A DNA stretch of 32,883 nucleotides. Origin: a virus. Its lineage: Duplodnaviria; Heunggongvirae; Uroviricota; Caudoviricetes. Positions within the stretch are counted from its first letter, which is position 1, and each line of letters begins with the position of its first letter. The stretch lies in the IMG/VR virus record IMGVR_UViG_2802429220_000015; one strand, 5' to 3'. The position numbers and the translations under genes are program-made. The notes beneath the pieces were generated by a model. That model was not told where the DNA came from, ran no database searches, and was given only the letters and a program-made list of their open reading frames with translations. This document shows positions 8,474 to 16,153 of this stretch, piece by piece.

Positions 8474-8656
8474 ATGAAAAACCGTAAGGCAAAAATTCTG
8501 TTAGCTCGCAGAAACGGTGTTGGGGTCTGGCGATGGTTGAGGATTAGTAACAGACGAGTGAGGTTGACGGGGTGTCGTGGTGTGATGGGGCACAGTTGTT
8601 GCAAAAAGCCCAGCGCGGCGCAAAACCGCTGGAAGAATCACACTAACGCAAAGTAA
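8474..8656 (+). CDS. Possible small basic protein
   Basis: 60-aa ORF from the internal ATG of track ORF 8381..8656, with AGGGGA upstream; composition rich in R/W/C, so it may not be real. Confidence 0.25.
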   Translation: MKNRKAKILLARRNGVGVWRWLRISNRRVRLTGCRGVMGHSCCKKPSAAQNRWKNHTNAK

Positions 8657-8723
8657 TTAAATAATAACCAATAGCAGACCAAAATATATGTTTTGGTCTG
8701 CCAAAAGCGATGTTTTGGTCATT

Positions 8724-9002
8724 ATGAAGATTGAACAAATCGGAATGGCAGCCTTCCGGCAGCAGGCTGAAAGCGGTGGCGTGGATGAGTTCGTCGTGCA
8801 GAGGTTCGGTGGTGTGTATCACCTCTTCGCTGTGAATCGCCGCGCTGGTGTGTCTTATTTTCTACAGGAACGCCGTGGCGATTACAAGACGTGGCTGTCT
8901 CTTGACCGTGCCGCCGCGTTCCTGTCAGGGATTGGCGTTTCACGTTTTACCGTGCGTTTTGAGGATAACAAACATGCTGAAAAAGATGATCGGAGCCATT
9001 AA
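8724..9002 (+). CDS. Hypothetical protein
   Basis: Track ORF begins at 8688, but that ATG lies in the loop of a strong hairpin (8674..8701); the next in-frame ATG (MKIEQIG...) is used. Start is uncertain. Confidence 0.4.
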   Translation: MKIEQIGMAAFRQQAESGGVDEFVVQRFGGVYHLFAVNRRAGVSYFLQERRGDYKTWLSLDRAAAFLSGIGVSRFTVRFEDNKHAEKDDRSH

Positions 9003-9372
9003 AGCCGGTCAGGCGTATCTGGGGTGGGATGATGTCCTTTATCGCCAGACGCTGGCCCGCCTGACCGGTAAAACCAGCACCACACGCTGCAACCTCGATG
9101 AACTGCGCATCATCCGGGAATACATGCACGAACAGGGATTTCCGCGCAAAGCACCCGCCGGTAAAGGTCGCCGCCCCCGTGTTGCAATGAGCAGAAAATC
9201 AGTATTATCCAAAATTGAAGCGTTGCTGGCTGATGCCGGTCGTTCCTGGGCATATGCAGAAGGGCTGGCATCTCACATGTATAAGCAACATGTGATCGAA
9301 TGGCTGACGGATGAACAGCTTTTTGGGGTAATGGTGGCGCTGGTTAAAGATTCAAGAAGGAGAAATCAATGA
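8974..9372 (+). CDS. gemA: GemA-like (Mu gp16-like) regulatory protein
   Basis: 132-aa product from the internal ATG of track ORF 8848..9372, with GAGGA upstream; segment YLGWDDVLYRQTLARLTGKTS matches my recollection of the GemA/gp16 family; position just before mor as in Mu. Confidence 0.65.
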   Translation: MLKKMIGAIKAGQAYLGWDDVLYRQTLARLTGKTSTTRCNLDELRIIREYMHEQGFPRKAPAGKGRRPRVAMSRKSVLSKIEALLADAGRSWAYAEGLASHMYKQHVIEWLTDEQLFGVMVALVKDSRRRNQ

Positions 9373-9848
9373 TGAAAAAATGGTTGTTTTGTTTAGTAGG
9401 GGTTATTTTCTCTTGTTCTGCGTTGGCTCAGACAGAGGAACAGGCGCAAAAGGAACTGAAACGTTATCAGGATATGAAACCACAGGTTGAGCAACTTCTG
9501 AGGGAAAGCCTGAAACTCTATTATGACATGCCAGACGCTGCATCAGAATATAATAACGGTAACCCTGAAAAATGGCGTAAGGTCATAACAGGCCTGAAGG
9601 AATTCGATAAACAAATAGAGAAAATTGGCGGTAATGGCTTCGATCCTGTTTATAGTTCCTGTGTAAATATGGGGATTCAACTACAGGATTACTGGTCTAA
9701 CGTCCTCGGCAACAACAAACAGTTTCTCGAGCGTTCCAGAAGTTTGTTTATACAGGATCGCATGGATTGCTTTGATCAATTCGTCTTTGGTAAAGAACGT
9801 ATAGAGGCCAGAAAAGACCTTGCCATTGTTAATGTCTGGGATGAATAA
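9369..9848 (+). CDS. Secreted or periplasmic protein of unknown function (moron)
   Basis: 159-aa ORF with N-terminal signal peptide (MMKKWLFCLVGVIFSCSALA-QTEE); strong AGGAG RBS; markedly AT-rich compared with the rest of the window; followed by an intrinsic terminator. Confidence 0.7.
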   Translation: MMKKWLFCLVGVIFSCSALAQTEEQAQKELKRYQDMKPQVEQLLRESLKLYYDMPDAASEYNNGNPEKWRKVITGLKEFDKQIEKIGGNGFDPVYSSCVNMGIQLQDYWSNVLGNNKQFLERSRSLFIQDRMDCFDQFVFGKERIEARKDLAIVNVWDE

Positions 9849-9853
9849 ACAGG

Positions 9854-9880
9854 AACCTCCGCAAACGCGGAGGTTTTTTA
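9854..9880 (+). terminator. Rho-independent terminator
   Basis: Stem AACCTCCGC / GCGGAGGTT with AAAC loop, followed by TTTTTTA. Confidence 0.8.
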
Positions 9881-9884
9881 TGAA

Positions 9885-9915
9885 CTGTACAGGCGATCAT
9901 GTATGGCTATAATAA
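9885..9915 (+). promoter_or_regulatory. Candidate promoter for the mor-like gene
   Basis: TATAAT hexamer at about 9908..9913 with no good -35; palindrome CTGTACAG at about 9885..9892. Confidence 0.4.
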
Positions 9916-9942
9916 CAGTAAGTTACTACCGGAGACGCCATC

Positions 9943-10410
9943 ATGCAGACCTTCAGTGAAACAGATCTTCGCGATGCGCAGGTACTGCTGCCCGATTCCG
10001 TACAGCAACTGATTAGCGTGATTGGCTTCCCCGCCCTGACCCGGTTAATCCGTTCTTTTGGTGGCGTGACGTTAAGCGGTAAAACCGGCGCACACGCCGG
10101 ACGCACCGGCGGTGTCCATGCCCTGTTACATGACGTGCTGACCGAAGACGAAATCAACAAATTGATCCGCTTTCTTGGCGGTGCACCGTTTTACATTCCT
10201 CGTTGCGATCATGCGTTACGTGCCCTGCGTAACACCCGTTTTATGGCTGATTTACAGCAGCATGTAAAAGACGGATGCTCACACCGGCAGGCGCTGGCAC
10301 TACTCTGTCCCCGTTACGGGATTTCAGACCGGTACGCATGGCAACTGATACACCGACGACAAAAACAGACTTCGCTGAAAAGCCCCACCCAGGTGGGGCT
10401 TTTTGATTAA
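9943..10410 (+). CDS. mor: Mor/C-family transcription activator
   Basis: 155-aa product; segment RFLGGAPFYIPRCDHALRALRNTRFMADL aligns by eye with Mu Mor (KHLGGGQVYIPRGQALDSLIRDLRIWNDF, from memory); C-terminal HTH-like region. Confidence 0.8.
   Translation: MQTFSETDLRDAQVLLPDSVQQLISVIGFPALTRLIRSFGGVTLSGKTGAHAGRTGGVHALLHDVLTEDEINKLIRFLGGAPFYIPRCDHALRALRNTRFMADLQQHVKDGCSHRQALALLCPRYGISDRYAWQLIHRRQKQTSLKSPTQVGLFD
10379..10405 (+). terminator. Rho-independent terminator overlapping the 3' end of the mor-like gene
   Basis: Stem AGCCCCAC / GTGGGGCT with 4-nt loop, followed by TTTT. Confidence 0.7.
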
Positions 10411-10435
10411 CAGGCCTCAGAAAAAGGAGACACTT

Positions 10436-10714
10436 ATGACCAACTATACGGCACCAGGCGAGTATACGGCCTACTCAGAGCAGGCCCGGGATGCTGCCGG
10501 ACGCCGCTTCGCTCATATGAAAAATCTGGCCAGCCAGCTAAACCGAATGGCCGAACAACCGGATATGGTTGTTCAGGAAGAAGCGTTGCAGTGTGCCATT
10601 GCTGACATCATCGCCAGCGAAAACGAGATGCGCGCAGCGATGGAAAAGGCGAACGCCTCTGCTCCGCTTTGTAATAAACCTCTTATTACGCCGGATTCTC
10701 TTTCCCGCTTCTGA
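10436..10714 (+). CDS. Hypothetical protein
   Basis: 92-aa product from the internal ATG of track ORF 10403..10714, with AAGGAGA 6 nt upstream. Confidence 0.5.
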   Translation: MTNYTAPGEYTAYSEQARDAAGRRFAHMKNLASQLNRMAEQPDMVVQEEALQCAIADIIASENEMRAAMEKANASAPLCNKPLITPDSLSRF

Positions 10715-10897
10715 TTTAGCACCCCGCCGCGGCGGGGTGCTGAACTCCCCCAGCAGTACCCACCACACCAGACCGTTTACCCTCTCCACTCAGACCACAA
10801 GGCACCTTAAGGGATAGCGCCCGGCAAAAGTCATTCTGTGCCTTTGACCGGGTGTTATTTACGGGCCGTCAGTGGCTCAGATTTACAGGAGAAACTC

Positions 10898-11290
10898 ATG
10901 TCTGAACCCTTATCAGGCGGCGGAGCTGTGGCAGTCACCATCGGTGGTGCCAGTGTGTTTGGTCTTCTCACCAATACCGATTTTGGCGTCGTGGTGGGCG
11001 CGTTTGCCGGGGCGCTTTTTGTTGTCACGCAACAGAAAGAAATCCCGGTGTGGCGAATGGCCATCCACCTGCTCGTCGCGTTTGTGGTTGGCGTTCTGGG
11101 GGCTGGCGTGGCTGCGTCACTGATGCAGTGGCTGACCCACTACAACGACAAGCCGCTCGATGCATTGTGTGCGGTCGGTGTCTCGGCGTTATCCATCAAG
11201 ATACTGACCTTTCTTTATCAACAGGAAATTTCATCGCTGTTCGGCCTGTTTTCCAGACTGCGCGGCGGAGGGGGTGGAAATGGAAAGTAG
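10898..11290 (+). CDS. Multi-pass membrane protein, holin candidate
   Basis: 130-aa product from the internal ATG (MSEPLSGGG...) with AGGAG RBS; three or four hydrophobic helices; first gene of the lysis cluster. Confidence 0.5.
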   Translation: MSEPLSGGGAVAVTIGGASVFGLLTNTDFGVVVGAFAGALFVVTQQKEIPVWRMAIHLLVAFVVGVLGAGVAASLMQWLTHYNDKPLDALCAVGVSALSIKILTFLYQQEISSLFGLFSRLRGGGGGNGK

Positions 11291-11558
11291 CCTTGCCGGT
11301 ATCGTGAATGTCTGGCTGTGTCTCGCCATTGTGCTGGGGTTGTTTGTGTATCGCCGTCACGGTGCGGCGCATAAACCGATGATTACCTGGCTGGCGTACT
11401 GGCTGATGCTCGGCTACATCATCATCCCGTTCCGCTGGCTGTCAGGTACATACACACACTCCAGCTGGCTGGTTGTGGCGCTGAATCTGGTGTTCTGTGC
11501 GCTTATCGTGTGGGCGCACGGGAATTTGTCAAAAATCCTTTCGTTACTGCGGAGGTGA
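11280..11558 (+). CDS. Multi-pass membrane protein, holin or antiholin candidate
   Basis: About 92-aa product with three hydrophobic segments; track ORF starts at a GTG at 11274, but the ATG at 11280 has GGAGGGGG upstream. Confidence 0.5.
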   Translation: MESSLAGIVNVWLCLAIVLGLFVYRRHGAAHKPMITWLAYWLMLGYIIIPFRWLSGTYTHSSWLVVALNLVFCALIVWAHGNLSKILSLLRR

Positions 11559-11560
11559 AT

Positions 11561-11938
11561 ATGTCGGAAAAATTCCGTTTCAGTCAACGTAGCGAGAAAA
11601 ATCTGGCTGGCGTAAAACCACAACTGGTGGCGGTTGTACGCCGTGCGCTGGCGTTGTCGGACGTCGATTTTGGTATTACCGAAGGTTTACGCACGAAAGA
11701 ACGTCAGAAACAACTTGTCGCTGAAGGCAAGAGCCAGACCATGAACAGCCGTCACCTTACTGGCGATGCTGTTGATGTCGTGGCTTACGTTGGTGGCACC
11801 ATTTCATGGGACTGGCCGTTATACGAAAAAATCGCCCGAGCCTTTAAACAGGCTGCCGCAGAGCTGGGTGTCGCCATCGAATGGGGCGGAGACTGGAAAA
11901 CGCTGAAAGACGGGCCTCATTTCCAGTTAAAACGCTGA
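11561..11938 (+). CDS. Endolysin, M15-family zinc peptidase type
   Basis: 125-aa product from the internal ATG (MSEKFRF...) with GGAGGTG RBS; motifs SRHLTGDAVDV and DGPHFQ fit the His/Asp/His zinc site of M15 peptidases. Confidence 0.8.
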   Translation: MSEKFRFSQRSEKNLAGVKPQLVAVVRRALALSDVDFGITEGLRTKERQKQLVAEGKSQTMNSRHLTGDAVDVVAYVGGTISWDWPLYEKIARAFKQAAAELGVAIEWGGDWKTLKDGPHFQLKR

Positions 11939-11951
11939 TGCGGGAGGGATT

Positions 11952-12134
11952 ATGAACAGAAGTCACTGGCCCCACAGAACGCCACGTAAAGCCGTGCGCT
12001 GTGTTCTGGCCCTGTTTCTGGTGATGTTGCTTCCGGTGGGATGCACTGACATTAACAGAGCGGGCCAGCTGTTTGACGCGGCGGCACAGGTCTGCCGGAT
12101 TATCGACGGTATCCGGCAGTGTTCGCAGAACTGA
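11952..12134 (+). CDS. Small lipoprotein, o-spanin-like
   Basis: 60-aa ORF with signal peptide and a Cys at the end of the hydrophobic segment (LLPVGC); immediately after the endolysin; GGGAGGG RBS. Confidence 0.5.
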   Translation: MNRSHWPHRTPRKAVRCVLALFLVMLLPVGCTDINRAGQLFDAAAQVCRIIDGIRQCSQN

Positions 12135-12154
12135 TTTTTTGAAGGTCTGGCACA

Positions 12155-12361
12155 GTGAGCGTTATCAGATTTACAGAATACACAGGTTCAGGAGGTGCAG
12201 GCGCTGTCATGGTGCTCGCTGAACGCATCACCCATTTTTACCGTCAGCACGGTACACATGATGGCACTGTCATTGAACTGGATACCGGGAAAAACGTGTT
12301 CGTTCTTGAAAATCCCGACGAAGTTCAGCGCAGGATTGAACAGGCTCAGAAGGACACTTAA
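12155..12361 (+). CDS. Hypothetical small protein
   Basis: 68-aa ORF with GTG start; stop overlaps the start of the small terminase gene. Confidence 0.4.
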   Translation: MSVIRFTEYTGSGGAGAVMVLAERITHFYRQHGTHDGTVIELDTGKNVFVLENPDEVQRRIEQAQKDT

Positions 12362-12861
12362 TGGCGTGGTCACAGGATATCAGGGACAAAGTCCGTAACG
12401 GGTACATCTTTGACCAGCTTCCGCTGGATATCGTCGCCATGAAGTACGCCGTGCCGCACGATACCGCGCGGCGCTGGAAAACGCAGGCGATGAAGAACGG
12501 TGACGACTGGGACAAGCTGCGGGCCGCTCACGCGCTCGCCGGTGACGGGCTGGAAAGTGTCGCCCGCACCGTGCTTATCAGTCTGGTGGTGAAGTGTCAG
12601 ACGACGCTTGAACGGCTGAACCAGAACCCGGACATCCCGCCGCAGGAGTCCGTCGAACTGCTGGCGAGTCTGTCTGACAGTCTCAGTAAGGCGGTGGCCA
12701 GCAGTAAAAAAATCCTGCCGGAAACCGACCGGCTCGCCACGGCACTGGAAGTGGTGCAGCGGCTCGGCGCGTTCATCAAGGAGCGTCATCCGGCACAGTA
12801 TGCCCCGTTTCTTGAGGTGCTCGAAGGCTTCGCTAAAGAGCTTGAGGATAATTTCAGTTAA
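12361..12861 (+). CDS. Terminase small subunit candidate (Mu gp27-like)
   Basis: 166-aa product; N-terminal region VRNGYIFDQLPLDIVAMKYAVPHDTARRWKTQAMKNGDDWDK fits my recollection of the gp27 family; directly upstream of the large terminase. Confidence 0.7.
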   Translation: MAWSQDIRDKVRNGYIFDQLPLDIVAMKYAVPHDTARRWKTQAMKNGDDWDKLRAAHALAGDGLESVARTVLISLVVKCQTTLERLNQNPDIPPQESVELLASLSDSLSKAVASSKKILPETDRLATALEVVQRLGAFIKERHPAQYAPFLEVLEGFAKELEDNFS

Positions 12862-12895
12862 CCACAGCGGCCCGGTTTTCCGGGCCGTCTGATAT

Positions 12896-14554
12896 TTGTA
12901 TACCAGGTGTGACGTGGCAAAACGTAAACTTTCCATTAAAGAGTTTCAGAGAAGCTTACAGGAGTACATCGCCAACCTCCGCCAGACCATTGAGGCTGAA
13001 TGTCTGGGGTTCGATGTTAACCCGCAGGCCACACAGGCCCGCCGGGCGGCAGTCTGTGACCCGGTGACGGGCTACGATTATTTTGTCGAAAACTATTTCC
13101 CGCACTACGTCCGCAACCCGGCAAAAAGCGAGCTGCATAAATACCTGTTCAGCCGTCTGCCACAGGTTGTGGCAAGCCCGGACCCGGAGAACGACGCCAT
13201 CGCCGCGCCCCGTGGTGAAGCAAAATCCACGCTGGTGACGCAGCTGTTTACCCTGTGGACCATTATCCGGGCCATTAAACATTACCCGGTCATCATTATG
13301 GACAGTATCGACCAGGCTTATCCGATGCTGGAAGCCATCAAGGCTGAACTGGAATTTAACCCCCGTTTAAAAAACGATTTCCCGGAGGTGTGCGGACAGG
13401 GGCGCGTCTGGCGTATGGGGACCATCGTCACGGCCAACAATATCAAGGTGACCGTTGCCGGTAGTGGTAAAAAACTGCGTGGTCTGCGCCACGGTCCGTA
13501 CCGTCCTGACCTGGTTATCCTCGACGACATCGAGAACGACGAGATGGTGCGTAACCCGGAGCAGCGCGACAAGCTGCATGACTGGCTCACCAAAACCGTG
13601 ATGCCGCTGGGTGAGGCTGGCGGTAAAACCGATATTATTTATATCGGGACCATCCTGCATTACGACTCCGTACTGTCGCGCACACTCAATAACCCGATGT
13701 GGAAAACAGCCCGCTTTAAGGCCGTTATTCAGTGGCCTGCCAATATGAAGCTGTGGGACGAGTGGGAAGAACTCATCCGCAACAAACAGCCGGAAGCAGC
13801 GGAGGCACTTTACCGGCAGAACGAAGCCGACATGCTCGCCGGGTCGGTGGTGTCATGGGCGGCGCGTCCCCTGCTGGCGCTGATGAAAATTCGTGTCCGT
13901 GACGGCCATGACACCTTTGATTCTGAATACCAGAACGACCCGGTCAGCGGTGAAGATGCGCTGTTTGCGGGCTGCATTCACTTCTGGGTTAACCGTCTTG
14001 ATGAATGGGTGTTCTACGGTGCGGTTGACCCCAGCCTCGGGAAGAAGAATAAAAACCGCGACCCGTCGGCCATTCTCGTGGGGGGCTTTAACCGTTTTAC
14101 CGGCATTCTGGATGTGGTTGAAGCCGATATCCGCCGACGTCTGCCGAATAAACTTATCGAAGACGTGATTAAGTATCAGCGGGAATATCACTGCCTGTGC
14201 TGGTCGTTTGAGTCCGTCCAGTTTCAGGAGTTTCTGCGTACCGTGCTGGTTGAGCGTTCGGCGGCGCTGGGGGTGCAGGTTCCGGCGCTGCCGGTCATCC
14301 CGCTGGAGGATAAGGCGCTGCGTATTGAATCCCTTCAGCCGCATATGGCCAACGGTCTGATTCGTATCAGTCACACACATCAGACACTGATTGACCAGCT
14401 GCGCCACTACCCCAAAGCCGACCACGATGATGGCCCGGACTGTCTGCACATGCTGTGGACGCTGGCGGTATCGCGCAGCGCAAAATTTCAGATACACACC
14501 CCACGCAGCAGCGGGCGTGACCGTGGCGGGCGTTTTGGTTCAGGAGGATGGTAA
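12896..14554 (+). CDS. Terminase large subunit (Mu gp28-like)
   Basis: 552-aa product with Walker A-like RGEAKST; TTG start as given by the track. Confidence 0.88.
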   Translation: MYTRCDVAKRKLSIKEFQRSLQEYIANLRQTIEAECLGFDVNPQATQARRAAVCDPVTGYDYFVENYFPHYVRNPAKSELHKYLFSRLPQVVASPDPENDAIAAPRGEAKSTLVTQLFTLWTIIRAIKHYPVIIMDSIDQAYPMLEAIKAELEFNPRLKNDFPEVCGQGRVWRMGTIVTANNIKVTVAGSGKKLRGLRHGPYRPDLVILDDIENDEMVRNPEQRDKLHDWLTKTVMPLGEAGGKTDIIYIGTILHYDSVLSRTLNNPMWKTARFKAVIQWPANMKLWDEWEELIRNKQPEAAEALYRQNEADMLAGSVVSWAARPLLALMKIRVRDGHDTFDSEYQNDPVSGEDALFAGCIHFWVNRLDEWVFYGAVDPSLGKKNKNRDPSAILVGGFNRFTGILDVVEADIRRRLPNKLIEDVIKYQREYHCLCWSFESVQFQEFLRTVLVERSAALGVQVPALPVIPLEDKALRIESLQPHMANGLIRISHTHQTLIDQLRHYPKADHDDGPDCLHMLWTLAVSRSAKFQIHTPRSSGRDRGGRFGSGGW

Positions 14555-14557
14555 TTA

Positions 14558-16153
14558 ATGGCACAGCTTGTTGATATTTATGGACGCCCACTGAAACGTG
14601 AGGCACTCAAAACCACGCAGTCGGTCAGAGTGGCGGAACGGCTGCGCATTTATCCCGACCACCCGTCCCGTGGTCTGAACATCAGAAAACTGCCGCGCAT
14701 TCTGGAAGCTGCCGAACGCGGTTATCTTCCGGCGCAGGCGATGCTGTTTGCGGATATGGAAGAACGTGATGGCCATTTGTTCGCCGAGATGGAAAAGCGC
14801 AAAAAAGCGTTGCTGACGCTGGACTGGTCGGTGGAGCCGCCCCGCAATGCCTCGAAGGCAGAAAAGGCGCTGGCCGCCGCCGTGGATGAGTGGCTGCACG
14901 GTATCCCGGATATGGAGGACATCATCCTCAACGGGATGAGCAGTGTCGGTTACGGTTTCAGTTGTCAGGAAATCAGCTGGGCGTTCGTGGATAAAACGTG
15001 GTTACCGGATGCGGTGACGCTGCGACCGCATAACTGGTTTATTACCCTGCCGGAACACAATGACGAACTCCGGCTGGATGACGGCAATCGTGGGGAAGAT
15101 GGTAAAGACGGTTCCGCGCTGTGGCCGTTCGGCTGGCTGGTTCACCGTTACAACGCCCGGTCGGGGTTCCTGGGTTCATCCGGCCTGTTCCGCGTACTGG
15201 TCTGGCCGTATCTGTTCAAAAACTTCGCGCTGCGTGATATGGCGGAATTTCTGGAGATTTACGGCCTTCCGGCGCGCATTGCGTACTATGCACAGGGCAC
15301 CAGTGACGAAGACCGGGACAACATTCTCGAAGCCCTGGTTAATCTGGGCCATGAAGCGGTGGCAGCCCTGCCGCAGGGTAACGAAATCGAGTTCAAGGAA
15401 GCCGCGTCCGGTGGGCCGGAGGCGTTCATGTCGATGGTGGAATGGGCGGAGCGTACCACCTCAAAAGTGATTCTGGGCAGTACGCTGACCAGCCAGGCTG
15501 ACGGTAAAACCTCCACCAACGCGCTGGGTAATGTGCATAACGAGGTCCGGCACGACATTCTGGCCGCCGATGCGCGCCAGCTGTCCGGCATGTTCAGCAG
15601 CCTGATACAGATGATGGCCAGCCTCAACGGCTGGCAGGATATCCCGCCACGCCGTCTGCCGCGTCTGGTGTTTGATGTGCAGCAGGAAGCCGACATTAAG
15701 GGGGTGGCGGAAGCCGTCAGTGTGCTGGTCAACAATGTGGGAATGAAGGATATCCCGGTGTCGTGGGTGCGCAAAAAAACCGGTATCCCCACCCCGAAAG
15801 ACGGCGAAGAGGTACTGGTTCCGGTGGCACAGCGTCTCCCTGTGCAGGCCGGTCTCAGCCAGCTGCGTGAGCGGATGAATGTTGCCGCACTCAGTCAGCA
15901 GGACAACGGGGAGGACGACCCGGCACAGCGCGCCATCGACCGGGCAGCACTTCCGGCAGAGGCCATCGCGCAGGGAATGAACGAACTGGTGGCCCCGCTG
16001 GTGCAGGCCATACAGGAAGGCCGGAATGCAGACGAGGTCATGAACGTACTGGCGGATGCATGGACGGAGCTGCCGGATGACACACTGCGGCAGTTGCTGG
16101 CGCAGGCATTCTTTGTGGCGGATATCTGGGGGCGACTGAATGCCGACAGCTGA
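14558..16153 (+). CDS. Portal protein (Mu gp29-like)
   Basis: 531-aa product; size and position after the terminase. Confidence 0.88.
   Translation: MAQLVDIYGRPLKREALKTTQSVRVAERLRIYPDHPSRGLNIRKLPRILEAAERGYLPAQAMLFADMEERDGHLFAEMEKRKKALLTLDWSVEPPRNASKAEKALAAAVDEWLHGIPDMEDIILNGMSSVGYGFSCQEISWAFVDKTWLPDAVTLRPHNWFITLPEHNDELRLDDGNRGEDGKDGSALWPFGWLVHRYNARSGFLGSSGLFRVLVWPYLFKNFALRDMAEFLEIYGLPARIAYYAQGTSDEDRDNILEALVNLGHEAVAALPQGNEIEFKEAASGGPEAFMSMVEWAERTTSKVILGSTLTSQADGKTSTNALGNVHNEVRHDILAADARQLSGMFSSLIQMMASLNGWQDIPPRRLPRLVFDVQQEADIKGVAEAVSVLVNNVGMKDIPVSWVRKKTGIPTPKDGEEVLVPVAQRLPVQAGLSQLRERMNVAALSQQDNGEDDPAQRAIDRAALPAEAIAQGMNELVAPLVQAIQEGRNADEVMNVLADAWTELPDDTLRQLLAQAFFVADIWGRLNADS

Noticed and set aside
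9885-9892. CTGTACAG as a LexA box
   Set aside because: LexA boxes are CTGT-N8-ACAG; this palindrome has no spacer, so it is not a canonical SOS box.
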